Shown here: piece after piece, positions 30,291-43,600 of the stretch
Numbering within the stretch: position 1 is the stretch's first letter
Layout of the letters: the number at the start of each line of letters is the position of its first letter
DNA from: Catajapyx aquilonaris
Lineage: Eukaryota
Assembly: GCA_000934665.2 (NCBI GenBank)
Contig: KZ538051.1
Span: 1-64,000 of the forward strand
DNA length: 64,000 nt
Direction: 5' to 3'
Notes under the pieces: model-generated
Database searches by the model: none
What the model saw: the letters and a program-made list of their open reading frames with translations, nothing else
Told to the model about the DNA's origin: nothing
Position numbers and translations under genes: made by a program

Positions 30291-31048
30291 TGTATACAGT
30301 TGACTCCGGATATAACAGACTCGAGAGGCCGATCCCTGTAAGCGTCCACAAAACCTATTTTTACTCCTGATATAACATACACCTCGGCTATAACAGACCA
30401 TTTTCATCGCCAGGTCCTTCTGATAGGTACCTTTCTCTTTGGTACTCCTTGGTACTCCTTGAATTTGGTACTCAATTGTACACTTTACAGTCGAGTGGTT
30501 AACCCCTTGTGTTATGTGCATTTCTATTAATTTCGCACTAATAAGCTTGCTGATTTTGAGAGAAAATCTTGTCGGATGTAATGTGCACACTGTAGCCACT
30601 TTGGCTTCTTCCTAAGAAACCTATGCACACTCACAAAATAAGTGGGCCGGTTCCGGAACTGGTTCAGTTCCATCACAGCCTTCGATATGTCCGCAACAAG
30701 ATGACCGTGTCCTTTTTCGATATCCCCGCTTTTTTTTAAAAAATGACGAGGATGGTGCGTAAGAGCAACAGCAGCGCCATTCAAGCCGCTTGAAGGCAAC
30801 GAACGAAAGAAAGGAAAGGAAACAACAACAAGAACAACAACAGCAAGAAAAAAGAAAAAAAAAAAAAGAAGGGCAGGCAAGCAGCTTCAGTTGATAGGGA
30901 GTCGGTGGCAAGGCAACACTTTTGGTCTGGGTGTCACTTCTTTTTCGTGGCCAGCTTTTTTTTTTAAAGGTCGACGTTGACGTCAGATCGTCGCGATGCA
31001 AGGTGGGTCACCTCTTGCTGCTTCCTGCCATGGACGTATAACCAGCAG

Positions 31049-34000
31049 ATGCCCGCACTCGTGATGACCACTTCTGCTGCCATGCTGCTGACCTGGAGGT
31101 CGAGATGGACCCTTCTGGCGCCCCTTCTTCTACTGCTACTGTGTAGCTACTCAGAGTCGCTGTCCTCTCGCAACAAGTCACAGGTGACACATTTTTTTTG
31201 TGTATTATTGTTGTAAATTCCAAGTTGTAGCTAGATTCCGATTCTTCATAATTTCCTTCAAGGCCAAGGAGGTAAAATTTGGCTCACGAGGGGGTTTGGT
31301 TTGTTGCTGCTTCTTCTTCCCTCCCTAAAAGTTGCAGGCTCTTCAACCTGTTAGGCAGGTTGGTTTACCTGCATCTGTCATTCGCCTCCGGAAACAGCTC
31401 CGGAATAATTTTTTTAAAAAGCCATCATCATCATATGAGATGGATTGATGGACAAGCCCCGGATCGACCTTTTGACCCCGTTTTTTTGGCTCATACTTGC
31501 TTATTATTCGTGGCCATGTGCACAAACTGCAGGCTGACATATTGGAAGGCGCATTAGTTACGTGGTGTATGCATCGCTTGCAGTAATTATAATACGAGAC
31601 ATATTCACGGAAGGGATCAGTCTTATGATGCATCATTTATTTCGTGTGATTCTGTGGGGGCCTGATGGAACCCGGAACATATTTTTTTTGTGTAACCAAA
31701 TCATTATTGCAAATGAAAAAAAGCGAAATTAAATTTTGTCCGATCTATTCAGGCATAGGGGAAATACGACTATAGTTGTGAAATTGTGCAATTTTCCGAT
31801 TTTTAAATAGACACAGGAAACGATAAGAACGTAAATTAATTTTAATTAATGACAATGGTAGATGTTGGTTGATTTTTAGAATTTGCAATAATTGTCCATT
31901 AAAACCGAAATTAATAAAATGAACCATGGTTCTGCTGCCATATTTAGAGAAACCTGATCCTGTGTATCCAGTGTTGAAAACAATACAGAAGTAATTAATT
32001 TAACTTTAGTGAACAATATATGCAGCTCTCTAAAAAATCATCCATCGTCTCCAAGTGACAAAAAGGTAAAATGATGTAAGATCCTTGGCATCTCCTATGG
32101 CGATTTTGATAGGATAAATTTTAAAAAAATATCTCATAAGCGGATTTATCATGATCTATAGCATTGCCTTAGCCACAGTATAATCCTCTCTAGTAAGTAA
32201 AATATTTGACAATCTTGTTGAGGTTTAACCGGTTTAGCATTACTATAGAGGTGAATGCAATATTACTCTTCTGAGGGCACCTCTTCTGAGCCAACGTTCT
32301 GACAACAGCCAGAATAATAATTGGATTATGTGACGAGCAAGGAGAACGTTGCATTTGAACAAGACCTTCAACCGTACTTAGTGTTAAACCTCCGCAAGTT
32401 TTTTTTAAAAAATTTTCTTTCTTCATCTCCTTGGCAAAACATTCCTCAATTTATTAAGCACCCGTTTTAAACGCGAGCAAATCCAATCCCTCTCTATAGT
32501 AGAAAGAAGCCCTTCTTTCTCTTTCTCCCCACCTGCTACAAGACTATGAATTATCCCACACAAGGACGAGTTGACCACCCGAAAAAGATCCCTGCAGGTG
32601 ATGACCCTGGGCAGGGAAAAAGGTAGTCCTTTCTGGCATTGTTGCCATCACTGAACATGGAAAAAAAACCCGTGGTCTTTAAATGAGAAAAAAATTGGGT
32701 TTGATTAGACCACCATTTTCTCATGATCAGATGAGTAGGACTTAGTAAAAAAAAAGGAGTTGACGTCTTGATTACTTGTTGTCGATCGTAAATATCAGAA
32801 GAGACCGAAGAAGAAAAAAAAGTGGTATCGCGCTAAGTTTCTGAGAACAGAATAACTAGATTACGTGGTCGATATATGATTATCTTTGGTTGCAAAATGG
32901 TCGCTGACATTTTCATTTGCATTGAATTGACATTGGGAGATCGACCTTTCAAGTTTAATTAGACCGAACAATGCGTAGTACAGAGGACGGTGTCAACAAG
33001 TCGCGGTGTCTGGCAAGTCACTGAATTTACGACATAATAAGGCGGTTTTAAGCACCACACATGTTACCCTGCTTGAAGCAATTACACTAATGAGCTTCCT
33101 GCCCAACACAGGCCCAACATGCCAGGTCGCATGTTTACGAGAAGAAGAAAAAAAATCGGTCATCTTTGCAAGAGATTCGATTAAAAGCCGCCAATTTGAC
33201 CACTTCTGAGAAAAGCAATCATTACATTCTGTAGACTTCGAGAGATGCTCATGATTCGCACAACCACTTTTTTTTGGAAAGTAGGGCCTAATGCTTCTTC
33301 TGTGCAGTTTAATACCACAAGCATAAGACAATAAATAGTGTTTTTTTTTTCATATCAAGAGTGTGCACACTATATTACTGTACAAAAAATGATAAAAATT
33401 TATAAATAAAATAAGTGTGGGCTACAGAGAATTTATAGCGGCGATGGCTTTGTTTTTTAAGGAATTTGCTGCTATTTGAATTTTTCGTGATACATACTAA
33501 TTATAATAAATAAACAAATAATATGTAGGGTATACATAAAATAAATGTTATAGACACATGAAAATCAAACCAGACGATAAATAAAATAAAATATGTCGAA
33601 AGCTCGTCTTTGTAAGGACTCGGTGTTGGCTAACATACCTAACATTTTAAAGCGCGAAACCTCGTGTAATTAGCCTGGCAGACTTTAAATGGATGACTAG
33701 ACCCCACACATGTTCTACATTTGATCAAGTGGCGTGAGGTCCCTCCTGCACGTGTGTGTGCTGACTGCCATTGCCCCCAGGGCTCCTACTCCATGACCTC
33801 CACTGATTTTTATTTGGCAGGGGTTCGCAGTTTGGGTATTTTTTTCTGCTTTATACCCCCCCTGCAAACACATGGTATATACAAATAAAAATCTGACTTG
33901 CAATCAGGAAGTGCAGCAAAAGAAGGGAGGCATGGAAGACCATTATACCCTAGTGCTCTTGACCTCGAGCACAGCCTTGAAAAAAAAAAAAAGCTCGGAG

Positions 34001-37000
34001 TCAGCGAAAGGAGTTCGTAGCTTTCGTGATACCGAGCAGAAGCATGGCCAACAGGTTTCGATATCGAGGAAGTGCACGTCTCTTGTCTATCTCTCCGATG
34101 CATGGGCAGGGGAGAGTAAAAAAATCAACCAAGGTTTGTTTTTCCTGCACTGGACGAGTATAGTTCGTCCTAACACTATATACCAAAAAGGAAATGCGGA
34201 TCCGATATATGGAGAGGGCGGGATATGTGCTGTTGTGTACAGGGAGGTGCACTGCTCAGGTCTCAAGGAAATATATTACACTCTTTTTAAAAAAATAATT
34301 TAGAGCAGTAAAATGTGAGAAGTTAATAAAAACTGAACTTGAACGATTTTTGAAGGAAAAAAATGGCGCGCATTATTCATTCATAACTTCAGTGAATTTG
34401 ATTCAACTATCGAATGCAAAAAAGGCACTTAAATTGGGTGCAAACCAGCAAAATAATTTCAGAGTTTCAATACGATTTTCGCCAGAAAATAATTCTATCG
34501 GTGGGTTGCTGCTTCTAATTAAATTGATTGCTGTACAAACAATCCACGTCATGCGAAGCACCATGTCAAATTTTTTGCATTCAACGTGAAGTTCAGTCAT
34601 TCATGAATTAAACTAAATAAACAACAGCAGCTTAAAATACAATAATACTGTAGCATAAAAAAGAAAGTGTGAACGAACTATAATAGTGGTTATTAACCCC
34701 TGGAACCGTGACGTGGTGTATTTTAGGACCACAAAGGAATTAAAATGCATTAAAATGATAATTAAAATGAAATGTTGCCATTTAAAAAAGTATATATCAG
34801 GAAGTGCATGTTTATTTTGAATTAGCGATCATTTTAGGCATTGTTCAAAGAATGATGGCATGTAGTCAATACACTGTAAAGTATTACATAAAAATTAATA
34901 AAAATTCAAATATGGATGGGGTCCTAAAAGGGTTAACGTAACTTTCAGGCACGTCACGGTTCCAGGGTCAATAAAGATGTGAAGTTGATCACATTATTTA
35001 TTTATGACATATTTTTATTCAATTTGCACTTACACAGCAGGACACATAACTCATTTTGCAATAGTGACCTTTTGCTCCACTGAACTGATGACATGTACCA
35101 CCCTGTACATACCTGTTTGTAAGAGACCGTCCAGGAAACACAGCATATTACCTTCTTCCAGCCACAACCTCCCCTTTAAAAGAAGAATGGAGAGAGAAAA
35201 AAAACCCCAGCCCCAAATTTGAATGGTCATCCAACCCACGCTTTTTCTGTCCCCTGAAGGTGATCCGGCTCAGGCACCATCGAAAGCATCAAAAGACACT
35301 TCAAGGGCTGCCCTACAATGTATCGTCATCGCCATACTTAACTCTCAGCAGGGGTAAAGGTATGTGCTTATCTGGATAGACATAAATCTTGCCCGACACC
35401 TACTGGGGGGGAGATGGCCACATTTTTGTGTACATGTTTCCAAAAAAAAAAGTGACACATTCTTGCCGTCTCAGGTCATACAGGAGATGATCTTAAAGCC
35501 GTAAAGTTTATTTATTTAGGGTACCACTTACTTGCCAGTCAGATGTTATTATCTGCATCGTAAAATAGCATTGTAATTTTTACACTGAAACGACTCTATT
35601 TTAATGCTGCTATTAACTACTGTAATTACTGTTGGCTTCCAGATCAGATTATTTTTGGTGAAGTTGCACCAAGGCTGGTACAAAAATAATTTAATGATAA
35701 TGTCAATTTCAAAAGGAAACGACTAAACGGAGAGCATATTAATATTTTTCAAAATTCCTAAGAGTCAGTAATTACTGCTATGCAGATTAGTGAATCCATT
35801 GCTGATTAATATGCACTTTTTAATTAAGAGGGTATGGACAATCAAGTAAATCTCGTCCTCTAATTATAATAATTATAATAATTTAAGGCCGAATACGTTA
35901 TGAGGGTTTGAATATTGAAAAGTGCATTATCCTTTGTTCCCCCCCTTTTTGTTCAAACATATCTCCAGGGCACAGTGTAATTGATCTATCAGGCCAGTGA
36001 CTTGGCCAGAAAGTACTCGTCAAGGACAATTTCACAATGACTAAAATTCTTAGATTTCTTCAAATCCCCCCCCCCCCCNCCCCCCCCACAAGGCTGTAAG
36101 TGTATCAATTAATTCAACCTAATTAATAATTTCCCTGTCCTCCACAGCATCAATAGACGGAGGTGACAATAAGTTATTCAACCAGTGGTCACCTTGGTCT
36201 CCGTGTTCTAGACACTGCAACCAGAGGCGTAAGAGACGTTGCGTAGACAAACTGCGTTGCGGGAAGTTAGTACTCAGGGTAAGTACTATTTGGCAAATAA
36301 AAGTTTCGGCCAAACAATGCTGATTTTTTTAAAAAAATGTACAAACGGTACATCGCTCCTCAGTTGTCATTGTCAAAGGATGATGAACCTTAGACCTCAC
36401 ACAGAAAGTGACCTTGCTGTCAGTCATTGGCCCGACCTTGCCACGTGCATATGATGATGGTTTGCTGCGAAAAATCTCAGCATGTGATTCATTATTGCAT
36501 GCCCTTGTGCGGATTCGAAAGTTCAGAAAGGTCTGTTGCTCTCCCCATGCATACGCTGATTGACGTTTTATGATGTGTGTGTTGGTAATTATAGTCTGGC
36601 GTCAAAAGCAACCCTGAACTTGAACCTTGCAAAAAGAAAATAATGGTTGATCCAGATCCACATTTTCCGAACTTATTGAGAGCTATAATTCGCAATGAAT
36701 CGGAGTCCAGCTGATTTTTGTATCGCGATATTTTTCAGGAGGAGAGGTCTTGTCATGGCCACAAATGTCGGCGTCGAAAACGTCAGGCTTTCCATGTGGT
36801 TCCGTCCAGCATCCAGCGGCATGTCCACAAGCGTCCAGCCAAGAACAACTTTCAGCCCAAGCTGAGTTCGGACGTCCGATATTTGCTGGACTGGGAGTCG
36901 GAACTGGACAGATTCGGTGACTTCAGGATGGACTCACTCTTCTTCTCGTCTTGGACCAAATGGGCTCCGTGCACAAGGTCTTGCAATACACGCAGGTTCA

Positions 37001-38618
37001 GGTACGTACGGACTCCAGCGTAATTGTCAAAGTAACATTCATTTATACTTCCGACTCTTCAGGACTTGCAGATTTCAGTTGGTGTGCGGCCAGAGCGTGA
37101 TTAGAGAAGAGGCCTTCTGCTACGTAGAAGGCACTTTCTGCGAGAAACTTTTCAGGACAAGGTGGGGATTCGCTGATTCCGACCTAGCCGAAGAAGGTGA
37201 GGATCAGTACTTTGGACATTTTGCGATTGGACATTAATTGGTAATCTCCACGTTAGCTCACACTCCCAAGTACGTCGAGACCGACATGTACAACTCTACT
37301 GCTCGGATGAGTCCAGGACAGCTTCCTTCGTACGAGTGTGGGTTGTCCAACTCATCCGTGATCTCCTCCTTCCTGAGAATCATAGGGGGCAAAGAAGCCG
37401 TCAGAGGAAAGTGGCCATGGCAAGTGGCCATCCTTAACAGGTTCAAGGTCTGTCCATATGCTGTCCACCCATGTTTCGGCAACCATCACACTTGAATTTT
37501 GTGCACTATTCAAATGAGCGGATGTTTCAGGAAGCCTTTTGTGGAGGCACTTTGATAGCTCCCAGGTGGGTCCTAACAGCGGCTCATTGCGTAAGGAAAC
37601 GGCTGTATGTAAGGGTAGGAGAGCATGACCTGGCTGCCTTGGAAGGCACCGAAATCGACTTTAGGGTAAGACACTGCATGAATAAACTAATGGGAACAAA
37701 TGGACTCAAACCTCATAAAGTATTTCCATAACATTGCCTGCTCTAATATTATTTCTTGATCCCATATTACCGAAATATTTGCAGGTTCAAGAAGCGTTCC
37801 TGCACCCGCTGTATGATCCGGACACAGTGGACAACGACGTGGCTCTTCTTCGCCTCCCGGAAAACCTCTCTCCGGGTCGGTTCCAGGGATTAGCTTGCCT
37901 TCCTAGGCCTAACCAACAGCTTCCAGATCACGTGTGCACCATCATCGGATGGGGAAAGGAACGAAACACTCACCTGTTCGGTACCGAAGTACTACACGAA
38001 GCCAGGGTACGTTCCATTGAATCCAAAACTTGGCAACACCGCCCACACTACTGTGGACGTAGTAGCATATCTCGCACATATGTGGCGCTTCCTTCCTCTC
38101 AGCACACTCCCGCCACTATCAAGGTCGTGCGAGGGGTTGTGGTACTAGATGCACCTAGTTGATGACTCACCCTGGACAAACAAACGGAAAGACACCTGAT
38201 TATTATCTATTGCTATAAAAGGCAAAGTTGGGTTGTCAATTTCATACAAATTTCAGGCAAAAGTTGTTTGTTTTGTTTTGTTTTGTTTGTTTGTTTGTTT
38301 GTCAATTTCATCCTCAATAAAATACGATCTATCCAATTTCAGGTGCCTATAGTGAAGAATTCTGTGTGCAAGGAGGTGTACGAGGACTACCACATAACGG
38401 ACAACATGTTCTGCGCGGGATACAAGCGTGGCCGAGTGGACTCTTGTGCAGGGGACTCCGGAGGACCTCTTCTGTGTCAGATCCAGGGCAGGTGGACAAT
38501 ATTTGGGATCACCAGCTTCGGGGAAGGGTGCGGGAAGAAGGGAAAGTTCGGGATCTATTCCAGGGTGCCCAACTATGTCCGGTGGATAGAGAAAGTGATC
38601 AAAGTGAACGGGAGATGA
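31049..38618 (+). CDS. Secreted trypsin-like (S1A) serine protease with two N-terminal thrombospondin type-1 repeats, ~528 aa, 9 exons
   Basis: Exons 31049-31183 (signal peptide [17 protein letters not shown]), 35260-35359, 36148-36278 ([11 protein letters not shown]), 36739-37001 ([11 protein letters not shown]), 37063-37196, 37257-37447 (LR|IIGG...WPWQV), 37531-37665 (TAAHC), 37785-38006 (DNDVALL) and 38343-38618 ([10 protein letters not shown]). GT-AG and phase-consistent. The first two exons are less certain than the rest. Confidence 0.9.
34697..34967. mobile_element. piggyBac-like MITE in protease intron 1
   Basis: TTAA|CCCCTGGAACCGTGACGTG ... CACGTCACGGTTCCAGGG|TCAA (right TSD has one mismatch). 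Subterminal TTTTAGGACC / GGTCCTAAAA. Confidence 0.7.
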
Positions 38619-39799
38619 TAAGTGAAGCAAGACTAGTCTACACCATGGTGTTGCACTGTCCAGAGATGGATACATGTCAGGTCAAAACTATATTGGCAGG
38701 TTGCCCTGGAGTTTCAAAGTAACAGGTACCCAATATGGTGTGTGTGGCATAATATTAGTGTGTAAACTACTCTGCATGCAGTACTGTACACTTAAAAGAC
38801 ACATTTTGAGGCTACCATCTAGATTGAAGAAAAAAAGACATAATATTAGTCAAAGAAATTACCCTGACAAAAATAAGTATTACCTGCAATGTAGTTGTGA
38901 CTCAAAAGTATGTGCTATAAATATCCAGTTTTAAACCTTACAACTGCGTAGTAATCTAACGAGTGGAAAATTATCATTTTCCCTCCGCGAGCATAACTGG
39001 GAATCCTTCACACTCATGCTGAATAGGTTATCATTCCCTTCGCCCTTAAGACGCAGCTCTTCTTCTGTACATGGGATTCCATCTTCCACGTTAGGAATTC
39101 CAGCATCCCGAATTCTTCAGGAGAGAAACCCACCCTATAGGAGGAGCATTATTAAATTTCCCTTCCTCTCTCTCTTCCTCTCAAGAATACCTCAACTGAC
39201 CCAACTTTTGAAGAGAAGTCGACTTGAAAGATCGCTCATTAGCTGACCAAGTAAATATTACCACCTAATACTTTTGATCGTCATTAAAAGTAACCATGCA
39301 AAAGTAACAACTACCAACAAAGAGTCGGACAAGTGATTTGGATCGTGCTGTAATTATTTCCTAACAACAGAGCTGCGTTGTACAAAATTAATGTCTTGCA
39401 GGAGTTTATCCTATAAAATGAAGTGCTGCAATTCAGACAGGTCAGAGTTAATCAAAATTGAGTTGCATGTTGACTCGTGTCCTTTCAGCGCTATTGCTAG
39501 AGCAATTATTAGGCCATTCAGTTACCTGAAGACATTGTTTGAATAGAATGTATTTTATAAGAGACACTGAAATATTCAAACTTTTCCAAAATCATTCGAA
39601 CCCGATTGAATTTTTCAAGTCTTCATTATTTTTTTTAAAAAAATAGTGCAAATTCAGCAATTTTTTGTAAAGTACCCAGCATATTTAGCAGCAATAAAAA
39701 ATAATTAGAGGCTAAGAGGCAACACCTTGTGACCAACTGATCTGATTTAGATATTATAGACCCACTATAATTTTTTCAAAATGCTTTTACAAGTACGTA

Positions 39800-39938
39800 C
39801 TATCGGGTTCAAATACTTTTGGCCACTTTATCCTGGTCTTGAAGCAACCCTTCACACACACATCCTTAACGTGGGGGTATGTGCGAAGGGTTGCTTCAAG
39901 ACCAGTATAAAGTGGCCAAAAGTATGTGAACCCGATAG
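39800..39938. mobile_element. Near-perfect hairpin MITE (~140 bp), TA TSD in GTAC context
   Basis: GTA|CTATCGGGTTCAAATACTTTTGGCCACTTTATCCTGGTCTTGAAGCAACCCTTC ... GAAGGGTTGCTTCAAGACCAGTATAAAGTGGCCAAAAGTATGTGAACCCGATAG|TAC. Second copy at 49034-49173. Confidence 0.88.
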
Positions 39939-39997
39939 TACAGCCTTGCTCGAATATTACCCACGTAGGTGGTTGAATATTATTTTTGTGACTACAT

Positions 39998-40364
39998 CAG
40001 GGAGCATATACTACATAAGAGGCGCAAACATTCGATTTCCGCGTCTCTCTGTTTGGGGCCGTTGCCAAGGCTGGCGGCCATTTTGAAGTGTGGGGAACGC
40101 CAACGAGGTATAAATAGGGTACATGCAAAAATAGGGTCCGCCATCTTTGATTCGCGCGTGTTTGCTGCCATGTAGTTGCCATGGCCGCCAAACCCATCAA
40201 AGATGGCTGACCAAATTTTTGCATGATGTACCTTATTTATACCTCGTTGGCGTTGCCCACACTTCAAAATGGCCGCCAGCCTTGGCAACGGCCCCAAACA
40301 GAGAGACGCGAACATCAAAGGCGCCTACAGAAGTTTGCGCCTCTTATGTAGTATATGCTCCCTG
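39998..40364. mobile_element. P-element-like palindromic MITE, 367 bp
   Basis: ACTACAT|CAGGGAGCATATACTACATAAGAGGCGCAAAC ... GTTTGCGCCTCTTATGTAGTATATGCTCCCTG|ACTACAT: 7-bp TSD, CA..TG termini, self-complementary over most of its length. Confidence 0.9.
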
Positions 40365-40394
40365 ACTACATGCTTAGTGATTCATGAAAATGCA

Positions 40395-40695
40395 CCGAAG
40401 CAGGTTGGCATAGTGGATAAGGCGTCCGACTGCTAATCGGAAGGTCCTGGGTTCGAATCCCGGTGCCGGCAACTCTAACCGTGGTTTTCTGTGGTTTCCC
40501 ACGGTTGCTCCAGGAGAATTCCGGAGTTGTTTCCTAATAAACAGGCCACAGCCGCCCCCTTCCTTTCCTATCCTCTCCCAAAGAGCAATAAGTAAAAATG
40601 AAAGCAAAGAGTTCCAGACAAAACAAAAATTCCCCCCTAAAGAGCCGCCGGCTGATAACGGGCTATGAATTATTATTAGGCCTATTATATTATTA
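40395..40695 (+). mobile_element. tRNA-derived SINE, ~300 bp
   Basis: Pol III A box TGGCATAGTGG and B box GGTTCGAATCC; anticodon-like stem TCCGA-CTGCTAA-TCGGA; body GGTTTTCTGTGGTTTCCC...CCAGG...AGGCCACAGCCGC; (TTA)-rich tail; 17-bp TSD TGATTCATGAAAATGCA at 40378-40394 and 40696-40712. Confidence 0.92.
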
Positions 40696-43600
40696 TGATT
40701 CATGAAAATGCAAAAGCACACTAAGAACACACACATTATTTTGCTTCGGCTGTACGGCCGATTTCAATTTTGAACAATTATAAACACTACTGAAATAATA
40801 AACACTGCACCGGCTGGCACCAATCACACACGCATCTCTCTCCTGGGTACAGTATCGACTCAACCTTCGCATTATTGCATGGAGAGAGGCTTGACGTATA
40901 GCAATTTGCTACCAAATCGAACTGTGAGAGTGGTGTATGCAAAAGAGAGGGAATAAGTGTCCATGGCAACTGAAATGTGACCTTTCACGAGAGAGATCCT
41001 GCTGCTGCCCCCCCCCCCTTTTTTTTTTNCTTTTTTTCTCTTCATTTAAGACCGACAAAGGACAAAGAGCTTCACCCTTCCCGGGGATAGTCTCAGATCT
41101 AATCCCAACCCTGGCTTCATTTCTCTGACACGCATTAGGAGATCCTACCATTTCTACACTCTATATCTCGTATGAAGCTATACAGGGTGGTGCAAACCCA
41201 AGCGCAACATCTCAACACTAATAGAGCAAAGAAAAAAGCAATCACGTTGGATGCAACTCATTGAAATTGGTGCTTCTATGTAGTGAGCAATTTACTTATT
41301 TTGCCAGCTGTTGCATTAGTTCAACTATGTCCTATAGGGCAGTGAATGACCCTGTAGTCGTTTCGGCAGAGTTGAGGAAAAGCTCGTGCCTTAGATTCTC
41401 GGTATTTGCACAACGCAAAATGCTTTTTGCGAGCCCGGCTTGAATCGAGCGGTAACGAACCGCTTTGCTTTATTACTTCCAACCCTCCTCTAATTTTTTT
41501 CAATTTTTTTGGGAAACGTGTAACCAGGGCAGTAAATGAGTTTCCTCGGGATGATAATTATGCAGTATCATCATTATAACTGCGTGGGTCTCTCTAGCTC
41601 GGCATATATTGGCCGACAGAGGTCGAGCAGAAATTATTGCATTTATTTTACGGTCAGACCAGCATGAATATGCGATGTGGAGTAATATTTACGTTACTGT
41701 ACGTTTACAGTAGGCCTATGTTGCAACCAAATTTGCAAAAATCATCGATCCCTAAAATTGACAGCTGTAACCTCTAATTATCTTCTTTTATACTATAGTA
41801 GGCTACTATAGATAAATTTGATCAAATGGTTTATTCGATTAGAAGAACTCGATGCTAAAAGTGAGCGATTTTCCAGATGATTCTCCTGGAGATACGGTAT
41901 ATATGCAAAAAATTCCTAAGCCCGATGCAGATGTCATCAGGTGACAATAATCGGAGGACAGATCAAAGAGTCGTTGGGCGAATTTAATCACGGATACGAG
42001 TGTTTTATTCATCCGGTGGGTGAAAAGAGGCAGGGAGACCTCCTCTTTGCACAGAGGGGTTTTATTATGTGAATGCCAAAGCAGGAGGTTGCAGTTTCAT
42101 TAGCTGCGTTGCTCCCGATCGGTGCAGATTATCCTGTAGCTTATCGCAAAAAAAAACCCAGGGCATGCTGACCAAGTGCTAAATCCAGTTATCGCTCCGG
42201 ATCTTCCGGTAAGTAAAAATATATAGTGGTTTTTGCGGATTTGCCGTTTAAATAAAAAACTTGCATCCGGTAAGTGTGGATCACCGTCTATAAAACTTTT
42301 TGAGCATATAATTAGTAACTACACACGTGAGAGTAATAGCCTCATAATAATTTAATCACTCCTAGCGTCACGCTTTCAAAATTGCTCCCCGATTCCATTA
42401 ATAAGCTCACCTTCCTAAAAAAAAAAGAGTCCAATTTACGTTGATAAAAAAAAGCGACGAGGTATATTCGCATGGTAATCCCCCGCCAAACGGGCGTAAT
42501 GAAAATAGTGAGCATATTTTCAGCCTCGTTTTTTTTTAAAGTAACGTATATATAACCGTAGAGCGAGGTTGAAACAGCAGCACGCGCCAGCAGCCCAGAT
42601 AATGAGGAAATAAGGTAATGAAATCAAGTTCTATCTGGCGGAACATGCTGATTTCGAAACGTGGGCCCCAGCTCCAATAATAAGCGCCCTCACTCTATTA
42701 TAATTTGCCATAATCTTTGCCATCCAAGCTAATTTTCTGTCAAAGTGCAGCACTTTGCTAGGGGAGTTTTCTTGTACAAAAAATATCTTTATTCTCCTAT
42801 CCTAGCAGCATATGTTTTTTTGATGGCAGCCAGGAAAGGAAAGGTTCGTGAAGCGGAAGCTTGCCCCCCGTTTCTGTGGTTACGTTAGCTGCGATTGGCT
42901 GAAGCCCAGTAGACTACTACTGCATCCATGAGGATTTTAGGAGTGTGTTGTGGGGTAGAAGGCAAATGAATATGGAGGTCGGAGGTGCGTCTCATCTTCA
43001 GGCCATCAAACCGCGAACCAGCGTCGCCTCTTCTTCCATGGACTTGTCTCCAACCACCAGCTATCACCATCGGATTATCCTGCCTCTAGGGTAAGTTACT
43101 TAACCGAGATTAACCCTATATACAAAGGAGATGTGTCAGCCAATTTTATGCAAATGTGAGAAAATTCATGTGCTAATAGGAAAAGAGTAGGGATCAACAG
43201 GTGGATGGGTTCAAAACCTGTTGCCTGCATAGCACTCCATTCCTTATGCACACACTCAGTCCGTCGCATCTACTAACTGCTAATGAACATTTCATTTGAG
43301 CTCATTACGGCAGCACCAGTTTCAATCGGAGCAAAAAGAGAGGAATTTACAAAAAAAAAATCCCATTCCTTTCTTTGTTACCTACCCCCCCCTACTTCAT
43401 TTGGGTTGGGGGGGGGGGGGGAGGAATCGACACNACACTCTAATTTGCATAATGAGCACCATGACTCCGCCCACTCTCGACGCTCTCTCACCTTGCAAAT
43501 TCCCCCCCGTTGCCAATTAGCATTGGGTGCAGCGCAACTCTCATTCCCTCAGTTCTGTCCTATTTTCAACCAAACAAGCGGCTTCACTTGGATGATAATA

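Noticed and set aside
39969..40365. Mirror-image ORFs on both strands (similar cases at 310-590 and 48955-49213)
   Set aside because: By-products of palindromic MITEs; no transposase motifs.
40399..40470. Functional tRNA-Ser(GCT) gene
   Set aside because: Acceptor stem mismatched and no long variable arm; it is the head of a 300-bp element bounded by a 17-bp TSD (SINE).
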